The notes under the pieces: model-generated
What the model saw: only the letters and a program-made list of their open reading frames with translations
Told to the model about the DNA's origin: nothing
The model's database searches: none
Shown: positions 1 to 13,387 of the stretch, one piece after another
How positions within the stretch are numbered: the stretch's first letter is position 1
Layout of the letters: the number at the start of each line of letters is the position of its first letter
From: Paramoeba atlantica
Lineage: Eukaryota > Protista > Discosea
Reading direction: 5' to 3'
Assembly (NCBI GenBank): GCA_977017575.1
Contig: CDRNVI010000143.1
Coordinates: forward strand, 124,001 to 188,000
DNA: 64,000 nucleotides
Program-made: the position numbers and the translations under genes

Positions 1-88
1 ATTAATAAAAAGAAAAAGAAAAAGAAAAAGAAAAAGAAAAAGAAAAAGAAAAATAAAAATAAAAATAAAAATAAAAATAAAAATGAAA

Positions 89-1260
89 TTAAAAATGAAA
101 ATGAAAATAAAAATGAAAAAAAAAACCAGAGAAGAAATAATGAAACAACCCCAACAATCGGAGTTCATGGCACATCAATGGAGATGAGAGTGAGGCAAGG
201 AGAAATTGGCGAGTCCAAGTGTCCTCCAAACGTTTTTGAAGAAAATTCCGATACACATGCAGATCATTGTAGATGGCATATGCGTTATAAGAATACACCA
301 AGAATCGATTTGAATGAAGGGGGGGGGTTAAATGACACTGAAACCCTTTCACTATGCACCACTGGGAAAAGGTCTCAGAGTGACCATAGCGATTTCCTGC
401 CTTTGAGGTCAACGATAATGCCTTTGTGATTCGATAGAGAAACTGAGTTGCAGAGTGTGTATTCATGTCATCGTCTTTTCCAGGAGCCTTCATTCCATAT
501 TCAGGTTCATCAGTCTTTGGAGGGAAGCCAAGCTCAGGTCCTTTCTCCACACAAATATGCTCAATATCATCCTCCCAGGGCTCATCACCTTCTTCATCTG
601 AAGTGAGGATACAGGGCTCTTGTGGTGGTAACCAAAGCAGAGGAAACTTGAAGCGCTGAGAGCACTGGTGAAGGGGGTGAGAAAGAGGAACACAAGAGGA
701 ACAAGAAGAGGAAGAAGAGGAACAAGAAGAGGAAGAAGAGGAAGAGGGCAGAGAGTCATTCTTTTGATTTTTTCCGCAAAGCCTTCAAAAAAGATTCTTC
801 AACCAAATCACATTTGTGGGCAAAACAACCCAGCTGCACACAAGGGGACTTTCAATCTCTTTCGATAATTCCTGCCACCACACTCCGATTTACATTGGTG
901 TGGTCCCCATGACACCACAGAATGAAGAAAGAGACAGAGATTGGACAAATTCCTGTGTCTCTGGAAATTCCTTTGCGAGATTTTGCATCTCTTGGAGCAT
1001 TGTTGTTATCTCCTCAGCAACTGACTTTCCATCATGGTTCACATGTTCGTTGAGGCCAAGGAAAATTCTGTCTTTCTGGGTTTGGGCAGCAAGACCCAAA
1101 AGGATTCCGCCGGAGCATCTTGCCATTTGATGGCACCACACGTGGGAAACCTTTTCGCAAAGGAGATCGAGGAATTGACTCCAGATACGAACCTTCAATA
1201 AATGTTGGATTATCAAGCGGAAAATTAATCCTCTCATCCAGAACAATGTGGGCCAAAACA
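89..1260 (-). pseudogene. hAT-like DDE (RNase H-fold) transposase, frameshifted; 3' end runs into an (AAAAAG/AAAAAT)n tract
   Basis: Joining frames gives ...FLGLNEHVNHDGKSVAEEI...SLSLSSFCGVMG(D)HTNVN...LGCFAHKCDLVEESF (CxxH at 816-827)...LHSNRFLVYSYNA; D...CxxH arrangement typical of hAT-like transposases; colinear with the copy at 19.8-20.5 kb. Confidence 0.65.
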
Positions 1261-2317
1261 CACCCGAAGAGTTCGCCAGTCACACCTCTTCTGCCAGAGT
1301 TCCAGACCTCGACCACGAATCTTACGATTAATACTCGACTCAATCCGTGAGCGTGAGGTAGGTGCAAACTTCCCAGGGATGTTGACGAAGAAACCTTCAT
1401 GCTTTTTGAGCAAGATTATCAGAAGTGCGACAAAACTCACAAAACTGAAAAACGAATTGATAATGCTTTTTGTTGCAGAGAAACATCGCTTTCTTCAACA
1501 GAGACCATTTTTTTTCGAAAAAATTCCAAAAGAATGGAAACAGAAAAATGAACCAAGTGACAACCATTGCTCTGGTGACTTTATTACGTCCCCACACCTG
1601 GACCCAATTGCGAGTGGACTTTCACTGATTTTGACCAATCCCAAACACAAATCCAAAAAGAAGAGGTAAATCAAGGGTCAAAAAAGACCTCTTCTTTTCG
1701 CACCTTCAAAAAGGCTGGTGCGCAATCTTGCTACGGGTCCAGGCTAAAAGAAGAGAAAAAACCTTTGAAAGGGCAAATTGACGAAGTCGCTCGCTCTAAA
1801 AAAAAAAAGAAAAAGAAAAAGAAAAAGGAAAGAAAGAAAAAAGAAAAAAAGAAAAAGAAAAAGAAAAAGAAAAGAAAAAGAGAAAAAAAGAAAGAAAAAA
1901 GGAAAGGAAAAAAAGAAAAAAAAAAGGAAAAAAAGGGGAAAAAAGAGAAAAAAAGAGCGAGACCAAGCTCAAAAAAAAAGAAATAGAAAAGAAAAAGAAA
2001 AAGAAAAAAGAAAAAAGAAAAAGAAAAAAAAAAGAAAAAAAAAGAAAAAAAGAAAAAAAAAAAAGAAAAAAAAGGAAAAAAAGAAAAGAGAAAGAAAGAG
2101 AGAAAAACCTTTGAGCAACAAAGAAGCAGTTCAGTTCAGACCAAGTTCATAAAAAAAAAATAAAAAAAAGAGAAGAGAAAAAGAGAGAGGAAAAGAAGAG
2201 AAAAAACCACCTTTGAAAGAAAAAAAGAAAAGAAAGAAGGAAAAAGAAAAGAAAAAAGAAAAGAAAGAAGGAAAAAGAAAAAAAGAAAAAAAGAAAAAAA
2301 AAAAGAAAAAAAAAAAC

Positions 2318-2390
2318 AGCCCCCGGCGGGGCTCGAACCCGCGGCCACTAGATTAAGAGTCTAGCGCTCTACCGACTGAGCTACGGAGGC
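2318..2390 (-). tRNA. trnK: tRNA-Lys(CTT)
   Basis: Cloverleaf GCCTCCG...CGGGGGC; anticodon stem CTAGA/TCTAG, loop CT-CTT-AA; GGTTCGAGC T-loop; followed by a T-run terminator. Confidence 0.95.
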
Positions 2391-3679
2391 AATTTGATAA
2401 AAATCGAAAAAAAAAATGGGTTTCAAAAGGATTGGGGGAGATACGACACCACCACGAAAACCTCCCCCCCCTTCCTTCAAGTCACCAACCAAATGAAAAA
2501 TAATTGTGGAAATTATGTATTTTGGCAATATGTCCCCACCCCCCCAACAAAATTGGTGCTACTGTGGCTAATTTACCCATCACAAAGTATTTATGGAGGT
2601 GGTGTGCGAGTCAAAACCCAATCTTCATGTCCATTCTGGAAAATTCCCAAAGAGGCTGCAACATTTGTTTATGTGAACAAATATTATAACCTTTTTAGTC
2701 TTATTAAATCTCAACAAAACAGTGTGTTATTCCTTTCTAAAAACTTGAACAAACCCCCTCCCAATTAAAGACCCCCCCCCTCCAAAAAAAAAAAACAAGG
2801 TGCGCCACCACAGAAAAAAGGTACACAATTCCCACAAAAACACCTACATTCACCATTTTATCGAAAAGGAAAACCCAAACCGTCCCCACAAAGCAAACCT
2901 CACTTATATTAACAAAAAACAGAAAGAGAAAAACCATAGTGTGTCTGTGGAAACTTTTTGGATCTTAAAAAAAAAGAGAAACCAAAAAATCAAAAAAAAA
3001 ATCAAAAAAAAAATCAAAAGAAAAATCAAAAGAAAAATCAAAAGAAAAACCTGCACATCAATTAACCTCTTCTAGAAAAACACCAACCCCACAAAAAAGC
3101 ACATTCCACACAAGACCAACACCAACATCAAAAAAATTATAGAACAGAGTAAAAAAAAAGAAAAAGAACAAAAAGGGAGAAAGAAAAAAAAAAAGAACAA
3201 AAAGAACAAAAAAAAAAAGAACAAAAAGGACGAAACAAAAGAAAGACAAAAAAAAAAAGAAAACCTTATTGTCATTTTTGATTGTTTGGTTCAAACAAAC
3301 AATAAACCTTGAAAAATGTGTGTACACAAGACAACACACAACCAACTTACACACACAACCAATACACAAAAACACTGATGTACCAACTACCAACAAAGTG
3401 ACCAAAAACAATTAACAATAATAATATTTAACTTAAACAGCACTAATTAAATACACACACCCCCTCCAAACAAAAAACAGAAGACAAATTAACCAACTAA
3501 TATTACAACAAAACGGAAATATAAATATTACAAAAGAACAAAAAGAACCAACCAACCATTATACATGTGGCTGGCTCCCTCCAGAAATCCCCAACCACAT
3601 CTTTGTCTTAATGATTCCACACACTCTCTCTCTTTTTTTGTGTACGAACACAACATAACCACAACACAAAAAAACAAAA

Positions 3680-4640
3680 TCAACAATAACAATTACAATA
3701 ACAAATATCAACAACAAATAACAAATAACAATAATAACAACAATAACAACAAATAACAACAATAATAACAACAAATAACAACAAATAACAACAATAACAA
3801 CCATAATAATAACAAGAACAAGAACAACAAGAACAACAATAACAAATAACAAATAACAATACAAATAACAAATAACAATACAAATAACAAATAATAACAA
3901 TCACAAATAACAATAAAACAAGAATAACAACAAGAACAACAACAAGAATAACAACAATAATAACAACAATAACAACAACAAGAACAAGAACAACAAGAAT
4001 ACCAATAACAAATAACAAATAACAACAAATAACAACACAATCAAAATATCATCACCACCACAACAGCAATACCATTAACAAAAACAAAAACAAGCACAAA
4101 ATAAAAGAAGGAAAAAAGAGAAAAACCTGGCGGTGGCACAATAGTCGGGATTGTTGGGAACGGAGTAATAGAAAAAAAGGCCTGTGGAGGGAGTCTTATA
4201 ACAAAGAAACAAAGATGTCCCCATTCTATTATTAACAATTTAACAATTAACAATAATAATAAAAGCAATAACAATCAAATAACAACAACAATCATAACAA
4301 TACAATAATAACAATAATTGATTATAAAAAATAGTAACAACAATCATAACAATTGCAATCACAATCACAAACCAATAATCATAATAACAACAAACAACAA
4401 CAAACAACAACAAACAATAAACAACAAACAACAAGAAAAACAATAAACAATCATAAACAACAGCAACAATAACTATAACTTAACTACAATCACAACAATC
4501 ACAAATCACAACAATCACAATCACAACAAACAAAACAAAAGTAACACTGAATGACACAACAACAACAAACAAAACGACAAACAAACCAACAAACCAACAA
4601 ACCAACAATAAACCAACAACAAACCAACACAACAGAATAA
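3680..4640. repeat. (CAA/ACAAATA)-rich compound microsatellite
   Basis: Long imperfect AAC/AAT trinucleotide runs read directly. Confidence 0.85.
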
Positions 4641-6636
4641 TCACATCATACTAAAAAAGATAAACAAATCCACACAATCAAAATAACTAACAAACCAAAC
4701 ACAAAACACTGAAACAACAAAACACAAAATAAAGGGAAACCTGTGCCACTCATATTTTCAAAAAGGCTTGTGATTGGAAGGAGGTCTTTGTAACAAAGGA
4801 AACAAAAAAGATGTCCTCACACTAGTTAAGAGAAGGGGGAGGGGGAAGAATCAGATTTTAGTATCAGAGAATTTTAATTAATTAAATACTAATAACTAAT
4901 ACAATAAAGACAAACCAAACCAAACCAATCACCACAAAAAAGAAAAGAACAAAAACAAATACCAAAAATACCAAAAGCAAAAAATAAAACAAATAATAAA
5001 AAAACAAGTTCAACAAGAACAAATTAACAAGAACACAAAACCTTCTTTTAAAATGGACATCAATCATTTACAACGATTTCGTATTCCCCTCAAAATGGAC
5101 GGGACACTTCTTTCAATTAATACACCAATCTTGGTGATCTAAATTCTTTTCATTCTTTTTGTCTGTTTTCTTCTTGATGAACTTTTGGAGCGGAATCTGG
5201 GGATTCATGTCTTTTTTTCAATTTGAGAATTTGGCTTTGAGAGACAACAAACTGTTTTTTGTACAAATTAATAAATTTTTCACACACCCTTCCTTCCTTC
5301 CTTCCTTCCCTTCCTTCCCTTCCTCTTCTCAAAAAACAAAACAAAACAAAAACACAAAAACAGCATTAACACACACACACACCCCATTTTTAAAACACAA
5401 AGATACAAATACAAAAAAAGTAAACAATAAAACACACCAAACACAGACAGAAAAAATAATCCATGCAAAAAAGTAACCTTCTCAGTGTGTTGCAAAAAAT
5501 CTTCTTGTGTGTTGTGTGTTGTGTGTGTGTAGTATAACAATACATACAGGGTCCGATACGTGGTATACCTTTTGTCGAGAAAGTCACATTTTTTTCGAGA
5601 AAGAAGACATTTGATTTCATTATGATAGGACATACCACTTAAAGAAGAGGAGAGAGATCCGATCCAATATCACTGTCACCAATCCAAGAAACAAATATTT
5701 CAAGAGACAAAGAAGGTGTCAAGGAACCCTCCAAAAGAAGAAAGCTAAGAAGAAAGAGCTTTTACTCCTCAAAAAAATGATAAGAAACAGAGGAATAAGG
5801 CGCAGCAGCGAGAGTGGGGAGAGAGAGAGAGGAGGGAGGAGAGAGGGTCTAATCACACACCAACAACACCAAACATGGATTTTTTGGGAAAGGAGAGAGA
5901 GAGAGAGAGAGCAGAAACATATATCAGCGGTAAAGTTCTTCATGAATAACCAACATTTTCAAAAGAGAAGTATCCACCAAACACTACACCATCATCGCCA
6001 AAACACGCTCGAAGAAAGGCCTCTCCTCAGAACACACACACAAGATCGTCGTCTCAAGAGGGCCAAAAAGAGAAGAGAGATCATCCACCACAAACATCAC
6101 TCTCTCTATTGGATGTCTCTCTGGTGATTTTCTCTCCCCCTTTCACCCACTATCCCTCCACTTTCGATTGTCGTGTTCCCTAATATTTGTCTTTTATATG
6201 GGTGAAACAAAACACCACCCTTTTTCCCCCACTTTTATGTTTTGTTCCCTTGAAAACTGTGTGAAGGAAAGGGAAGAGAGAAAAGAAAGAGGGGAAAGAG
6301 AGAGAGAGGGGAAAGAGAGAGAGAAAGGGGGAAAAAATGGTCAGGAGTGCGAGAGAAGAGAAGTGTGTTTGAGAGAAAAAGGAGAGGAAGAGAGAGACAC
6401 AAACCACCTCTTTTCGCATTCTTTGCTTTTCATCTCCCTTCATCAAAGAGAGAGAGAGGTTCTTTTTCCCTTCTCCTCTCTCCTCTGTGTGTTAAAAGAT
6501 GAGGTTGAGAGAGAGAGAAGGGGGCGGAGGGGGTGTGAGGAGAAGAACAAACCCTCACACAACACAAAAAACACAAAACACACACACCACCACAAAACTG
6601 CGCGATGGTGGTTGGTGAGACTGGCAAAACAAATAA

Positions 6637-7656
<1,020 letters not shown>

Positions 7657-8241
7657 AAAAAAGCTTGTATAAAAAAATATAAATTGAAACTTTAACAAAA
7701 ATCTTCTTTCTTTTTGAGACATTCACCAAAGAGTCATTTTTCTTTTCATAATTTTTTTTTCTTTTTCTGGAATGGCAGCAGAAGAATGACACCCACACAA
7801 TACACTACTTTTCTTTATCCAGTGTGTGGGTTGGGGGGGGGTGAAAGATACTTTTTTTTTTCTTCTTCCCAACGCAATCAGTTATTCTGTTGGACATTGG
7901 GATTTTAAGAAGGACCCACACACATAATTAAGAAAAAGATATTGGGAGGGAGGTGGTGTTTTATTGAGACGACAATATTAATATAAAAACCACAGACTAC
8001 TATGTTGGACCCAAACCCTGAAAAACAGTGCCAGAAAAAGAAGAAAAAGAAAAAAAGAAAGAAAAAAAGAAAGAAAAAAAGAAAAAAAAAACCAATGATG
8101 AACAATTTTTAGAATCCAAGAAAGACACAGCACCAAAGATATTTTGTTTCAAAAAAAAACGTGAATATTTCTTTTAACACCAAAACAACACCCCTATCCC
8201 CCCGACTGACTGGTGGATCTTCTTTTTTTTTTTGTGGATTC

Positions 8242-8292
8242 TTCATTCTCTCTGGGGTACTAATTCGAAAAATCAGACCCAGAGAGTATGAA
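8242..8292 (-). repeat. Dispersed ~50-bp dyad element, copy 1
   Basis: TTCATTCTCTCTGGGG-spacer-ACCCAGAGAGTATGAA; spacer is the reverse complement of the consensus orientation. Confidence 0.8.
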
Positions 8293-8419
8293 AACTATCA
8301 CGAAATAATCCCCTTTTGTGTTGTTTGGTCTCTCTTCTCTTTGCCCTCCTTATTCAACTTTGATTTGTGTGGCAACTTCTCTCTTTTTCGTTTGTGATTT
8401 TTCGAATCTTTTGAACAAA

Positions 8420-10655
8420 AAAAAATGAAAAAAAGAAAGAAAACAGAAAGAAAAAAAAAAGAAAAGGGAAAGGAAAGGGAAAGGAAAGGGAAAAGGAAAA
8501 AAAAAAAGAGAAAAATAAACAAAAAAACAAATAAAAACAAAAGAAAAAAAAGAAAAAAAAAAGAAAAAAAAGAAAAAGAAAAGAAAAAAAAAAAAAAGAA
8601 AAGAAAAAAAGAAAAAAGAAAGAAAAAAGAAAAAAAAGAGAAAAAAAAAAAGATAAAAGAAAAAAAGAGAAGAAAAAAAGAAAAAAAGAAAGAAAAAAGA
8701 AAAAGAAAAAAGGAAAAGGAAAAAAAAAGAAAGGAAGAGGGAAAAGAGAAAGAGAAAAAAGAGAAAACCAACAATTTTCTTTTTATTTTCGCTTTGTCAA
8801 GAAAAGAAAGGAGAAAGAGGAAGAAAAGGAATAAAAACAAAAAAAAAACAAAAAACAAAAAAAAACAAAAAAAAGAAAAGAAAAGAACAATAAACAAAAA
8901 CAAACAAAAACAAAAAAAACAAAAAAAAGGAAAAAAAAGGAAAAAAAAAGGAAAAAAAAGGAAAAAAAAAGGAAAAAAAGAAAAAAAAAGGAAAAAAAAG
9001 GAAAAAAAAAGAAAAAAAAAAAGAAAGAAAAAAAGAAAGAAAAGAAAAAAAGAAAAACAAAGACAGAAAAAAAAGAAAAAAGAGAAAAAAAAGAAAAAAA
9101 GAAAAAAAAAAGAAAAGAAAAAAAAAGAAAAAAAAAAGAAAAAAGAAAAAACAAAGACAGAAAAGAAAAAGAAAAAGAAAAAAGAAAAGAAAGAAAAAGA
9201 AAAGAAAAAAAAGAAAAAAAAAAGAAAAAAAGAAAAAAGAAAAAAAAAAAGAAAAAAAAAAAGAAAAAAAAAGAAAAAACTGTGAAGAAAAAGGATCTTT
9301 TTTGATACGTGATTTCACTCTTTTCTAATTCAATGACTTCACTGTTTTAAAAGGAAAGAAAGAGAAGGAAAGAAAAGAAAAGAAAAGAGAAGGAGAAAGA
9401 GGGGAAAGAGGAGAAAAGAGAAGAGGGGGGAGAAAGATTAAAAAGAGGAAAGATAAAAGATAAAGAAGACGAAAAAACAAAAGATAAAAGAAAAGAAAAA
9501 AAAAGAAAAAAAAGGAAAAACACATAAAAAAGAAAAAACAAAAGAAAAAAAACAAAGAAAAAAAAGAAAAAAAACAAAAAAAAAAAAGAAAAAAAACAAA
9601 AAAAAAACAAAAAAAAACAAAAAAAAACAAAAAAAACAAAAGAAAAAAAGAAAAAAAAACCAATGAAGAAAAAAGGACCATTTTTTAAAACGTGAATTAC
9701 ACTCTCTTCAATTAAACAACTTTCCTGTGTTAAGGAGAAAAGAAAGAGAAAAGAAAGAGAAAAGAAAGAGAAAAGAAAAAGAAAAGAAAAAGAAAAGAAA
9801 GAGAAAAGAAAGAGAGAAGGAAAAAGGGAGAAAAAGAGAAGAGAGGGGAAAAGATTAAAAAGAGGAAAGATAAAGAGGAAAAGATAAAGAAGAAAAAACA
9901 AAAGAAAAATAGGAAAAAAAACAAAAAAAAACAAAAAAAAACAAAAACAAAAAGAAAAAAAAAAGAAAAAAAAAGAAAGAAAAGAAAAGAAAAAGAAAAA
10001 AAAAAAAAAAGAAAAAGAAAGAAAAAAGAATAAACCTCAAGAAAAAAGAGAACATGATTTCACTTCACCCACCCACCTCTACCCAACCTTCTCAACTTTC
10101 TCAACCTTCCCCTACTTTGCCCTCCTTTGCCCTACTTTCCTACCTTCCCTCTTCTCAACCCTTTCCCCTCCTTTCCTACCTTTCCTACCTTCCCTCTTCC
10201 CCACCTTTCCTCCCTTCCCCACCTTCCCCACTTTCCCCTCCTTTCCTACCTTTCCTACCTTCCCCAACTTTCCTACCTTCCCTACCTTCCCTACCTTCCC
10301 TACCTTCCCCACTTTCCCCTCCCTCCTTCTTCCTCTTTCCCTTTTTTTTTAGTTCTTAATTTAATTCTTTTTTTTAATTTCTCTTTCTTTTCTTTTCTTT
10401 TTTCTCTTTCCTCTTCTTCTCCTCTCCTTTCGCTCTTTCCTCTCTCTCACCGGGTTGCCAAAGGAAAGGAACGCAATTGCAAAGGTTTTTCAGGGCATTG
10501 AAAAAAAAATTCTCATAAAAAAATATTTTTTCAACACCCAGAAAAACAATTGAATTGTGCTGGTTTATTTTAGCACACAAAAAAAAAAGATTTTAGGGCT
10601 CATAATTTTTCTGGCCTCGTTGGTTTTGTTTTGCCTTTTCTTTTTCTCTCTTTCT

Positions 10656-10704
<49 letters not shown>

Positions 10705-11250
10705 CTCTCTCTTCTCTTTTCTCTCTCTCTTTTTCTTTTCTCTCTCTTTTTTTCTTTTCCTTCTTTTTTTCTTTCTCTTTCTCGAACTTTTTTGCCCTTT
10801 GTGAATGGGACCGGATGGGGTTCTCTCTTTATTTCTTTTTATTTCTTGACTTTTCTGTTTTTTTCTTCTCTTTTTTACTTTTATTTCTTTTCTTTTTTTT
10901 TTTTCACTTTTTCACTTTCTCACTTTTTCTCTTTTTTTTGTTCCTCTTTTTCTTGTTCCCCTTTTTCTCGTTCCCCTTTCTTCCCTTTTTTGATGGGTTC
11001 TCTCTTTTCTTTTTTTCCTTTCCCCCCTTTTTTCTTTTTCTCTTCTTTTCTTTTCTTTTTGTTGATTTCTTTCCTTTTGTTTTCGATTTCTTCTTCGGTT
11101 TCTCATTTTTTTCTTTTTTTTTCTTTTCTATTTTCTCTTTCTCTTTCTCTTTCTCTTCTCTCTTCTCTTTCTCTTCTCTCTTTCTCTTCTCTCTTCTCTC
11201 TCTTTCCCCCCTTTCCCTTTCTTTTCCTTTTTCTTTTTTGAAAAAATAAG
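8420..11250. repeat. Polypurine tract (8420-10050) followed by polypyrimidine tract (10060-11250), including (TTCCCTACC)n at ~10100-10320
   Basis: Almost only A/G and then almost only C/T on the + strand. Confidence 0.9.
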
Positions 11251-11324
11251 ACAGTCTTACAGATAAGTGAATCTTCAAAAAAAAAGAAGAGACAAAAGAG
11301 ATGTTTTTTTATTTGGGAAAGATG

Positions 11325-11373
11325 ATGTATTCTCTGGGTCCGGATTTTCACAAATTAGCACCCAGAGAGTATC
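11325..11373 (+). repeat. Dispersed ~50-bp dyad element, copy 2
   Basis: GTATTCTCTGGGT-CCGGATTTTCACAAATTAGC-ACCCAGAGAGTAT. Confidence 0.85.
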
Positions 11374-11440
11374 AAGATCTCCCCCACCCCCAACCATCTA
11401 TCTGACACATTCTTTTTGACGAAAAAAGAAAGGAGAAAAA

Positions 11441-12574
11441 TTACAATGAGATAACCAACAGAGAAAAGAAGAGGAGTGAATAAAGAAAAAAGAAAAAAGA
11501 AAGAAGAAAGAAGAAAAAAGAAAAAAGAAAAGAAATAAACGTTTTTCTTGATAAAAAAACGAGCAGCACAAAAAAAAAGAAGTTTGGTTCCATTGAAGAG
11601 ATTTTGTTATTTATTTTCATCTTCTCTCCTTTGGAGGAGGAGAATTGAAAAACTTCTTTTTCGAACCATGTGGTGGGGAAGAAGAACGCTGAGTTCCTTT
11701 TCTTATTTCTAAACATTTTGTCTTTCTCTTCTTCTTCTTCTGGTTCAGTCGCCAACCTCTCTGTGATTTCTTCCAAACGTTTCTTGAGAATAATTTCTGT
11801 TTCCATCATCTTTTTTGACTTCTTTTCTTTTGCTTCAAGATTACAAAGTCTTCTTTCGATGTTTTGTCGTTGGTTTTGAAGCTTTCTTAATTGCCCAAAT
11901 GATCTTGGTTTCCCACAATCTTCCTCTTCTTCCTCTTCTTCCTCAGAGGATTGGATTTCTTCAATCTCCTCTTCCTCTTGTTTGTTTCCGACAATGTCCT
12001 TTTGACTTTTCAAATCAACAAGATTCTCTCGAACTTGGGTTTTGTTTTCAGTCAACCGTTCCTTTCTTTGTTGGAGAGCCACAATCTTTTCTTCAAGAAC
12101 ATCAATCTGATCTGCCAGTTTCTTGTCGCGTTTACTGAGAATTTCAATCTCCTTCTCTCTCTTCTGTTGTTCCTTGAGTCTTTTCTGAGGGTTCTCAAAA
12201 ACTTCATCCCCCACTTTCTCAACCTTCTTCTCTTCATCATCACCCACTCGATTTTCGACCTCTTTAATCTCCTTTTCGGTTTCTTCTTCGACTTGACTCT
12301 CCACTGCTTTTGCTGTCTTGTTCTTTTTTGGAATAACAAACAAAGCATCTTCCAAGTCTTGATCACGTTTCACAAAGACGACATCACACTCATCGTCAAG
12401 ATAGAACACTCGAACCGCAGTTGAAGTTCCGTACACATCCTGGATCTTCCTTCGGAGACTTCGAAAGTCTTGAGCTTGAACAGAACACACTCTTCCATTC
12501 TCAGTGTTTCGAACTTCCCACCACTCTTCTTCTTCTCTTTCGACAATCGACATCAACTGAACTCTCATCACCAT
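11441..12574 (-). CDS. PB1-domain protein with acidic coiled-coil C-terminus (3' end uncertain, possibly spliced)
   Basis: RVFYLDDECDVVFVKRDQDLEDAL matches the PB1 OPCA motif (YxDxDxDxVxxxxDxDLxxA); E/K-rich heptads follow; last ~80 codons are low-complexity and probably non-coding. Confidence 0.7.
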   Translation of the reverse strand: MVMRVQLMSIVEREEEEWWEVRNTENGRVCSVQAQDFRSLRRKIQDVYGTSTAVRVFYLDDECDVVFVKRDQDLEDALFVIPKKNKTAKAVESQVEEETEKEIKEVENRVGDDEEKKVEKVGDEVFENPQKRLKEQQKREKEIEILSKRDKKLADQIDVLEEKIVALQQRKERLTENKTQVRENLVDLKSQKDIVGNKQEEEEIEEIQSSEEEEEEEEDCGKPRSFGQLRKLQNQRQNIERRLCNLEAKEKKSKKMMETEIILKKRLEEITERLATEPEEEEEKDKMFRNKKRNSAFFFPTTWFEKEVFQFSSSKGEKMKINNKISSMEPNFFFFVLLVFLSRKTFISFLFSFFFFLLSFFFFLYSLLFFSLLVISL

Positions 12575-13212
12575 ATTTTGATTGATTGATTGTTGTTTTT
12601 CTGTTTCAAGTTATCCAGAAAAAGAAATGTTTTGAATTAAAAACAAAACCTGAGGGTGTGGTTGATTGTGTTTGTTGTCGTTCACGAGGGAATGAGAGGG
12701 GGGGTGTGGCGAGAAGGAACACCAATCAAAATTGAACAAAAAAAAACAAAAAAAATCACTGAAAGAACAACCAAAAACACACACACAGAAAAAAAAAAAA
12801 GAAAAAAAGTGCTGATAGGACCTGAAATAGAGGTCCATCATATTCGGACCCAAAATAGAGGTCCGTTTTTCTTTTTTTTGTTTTTTGTGTTTTTTTGTTC
12901 GTTTGGGTTTTTTTTTTGGTTTTCCTCAGTCTTTCTTTTTCCTCTTTCTCTTTTCTTCTGTCTTTTCTTATCTTTCTTTTTGTGGGTTGTTAATTTTTTT
13001 TCCTTCTCTTTCTTTGTTTTTTCTTTGTTTTTTTCTTTCTTTTTTTGAAATTCCACCACTTTTTCTCTCTTTCCATTGAGGTTTTTTCTCTTTTCTCTTT
13101 TCTCTTTTCTTTTTTCTCTTTTCTTTCTTTTCTCTCATCTTTCTTTTCTCTTTCTCTTTTCTTTTTATTAATTTAGATTGATATGAAAAGAAGAAAAAAA
13201 AGAAGAGAAAGT

Positions 13213-13332
13213 GTCTTCGGTCATACCCAGTTGAAAGCACCCGATCCCATCAGAACTCGGAAGTTAAGCAGCTGTGGGCTCGGTTAGTAGAATGGTGGGT
13301 GACCACATTCGAATCCCGAGTGCTGAAGACCT
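13213..13332 (+). rRNA. 5S: 5S rRNA
   Basis: GTCTTCGGTCATACC...CCCGATCCCATCAGAACTCGGAAGTTAAGC...GCTGAAGAC; 5'/3' ends pair; T-rich terminator. Confidence 0.95.
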
Positions 13333-13353
13333 TCTCTTTTCTTTTTTTTTTCT

Positions 13354-13356
<3 letters not shown>

Positions 13357-13387
<31 letters not shown>

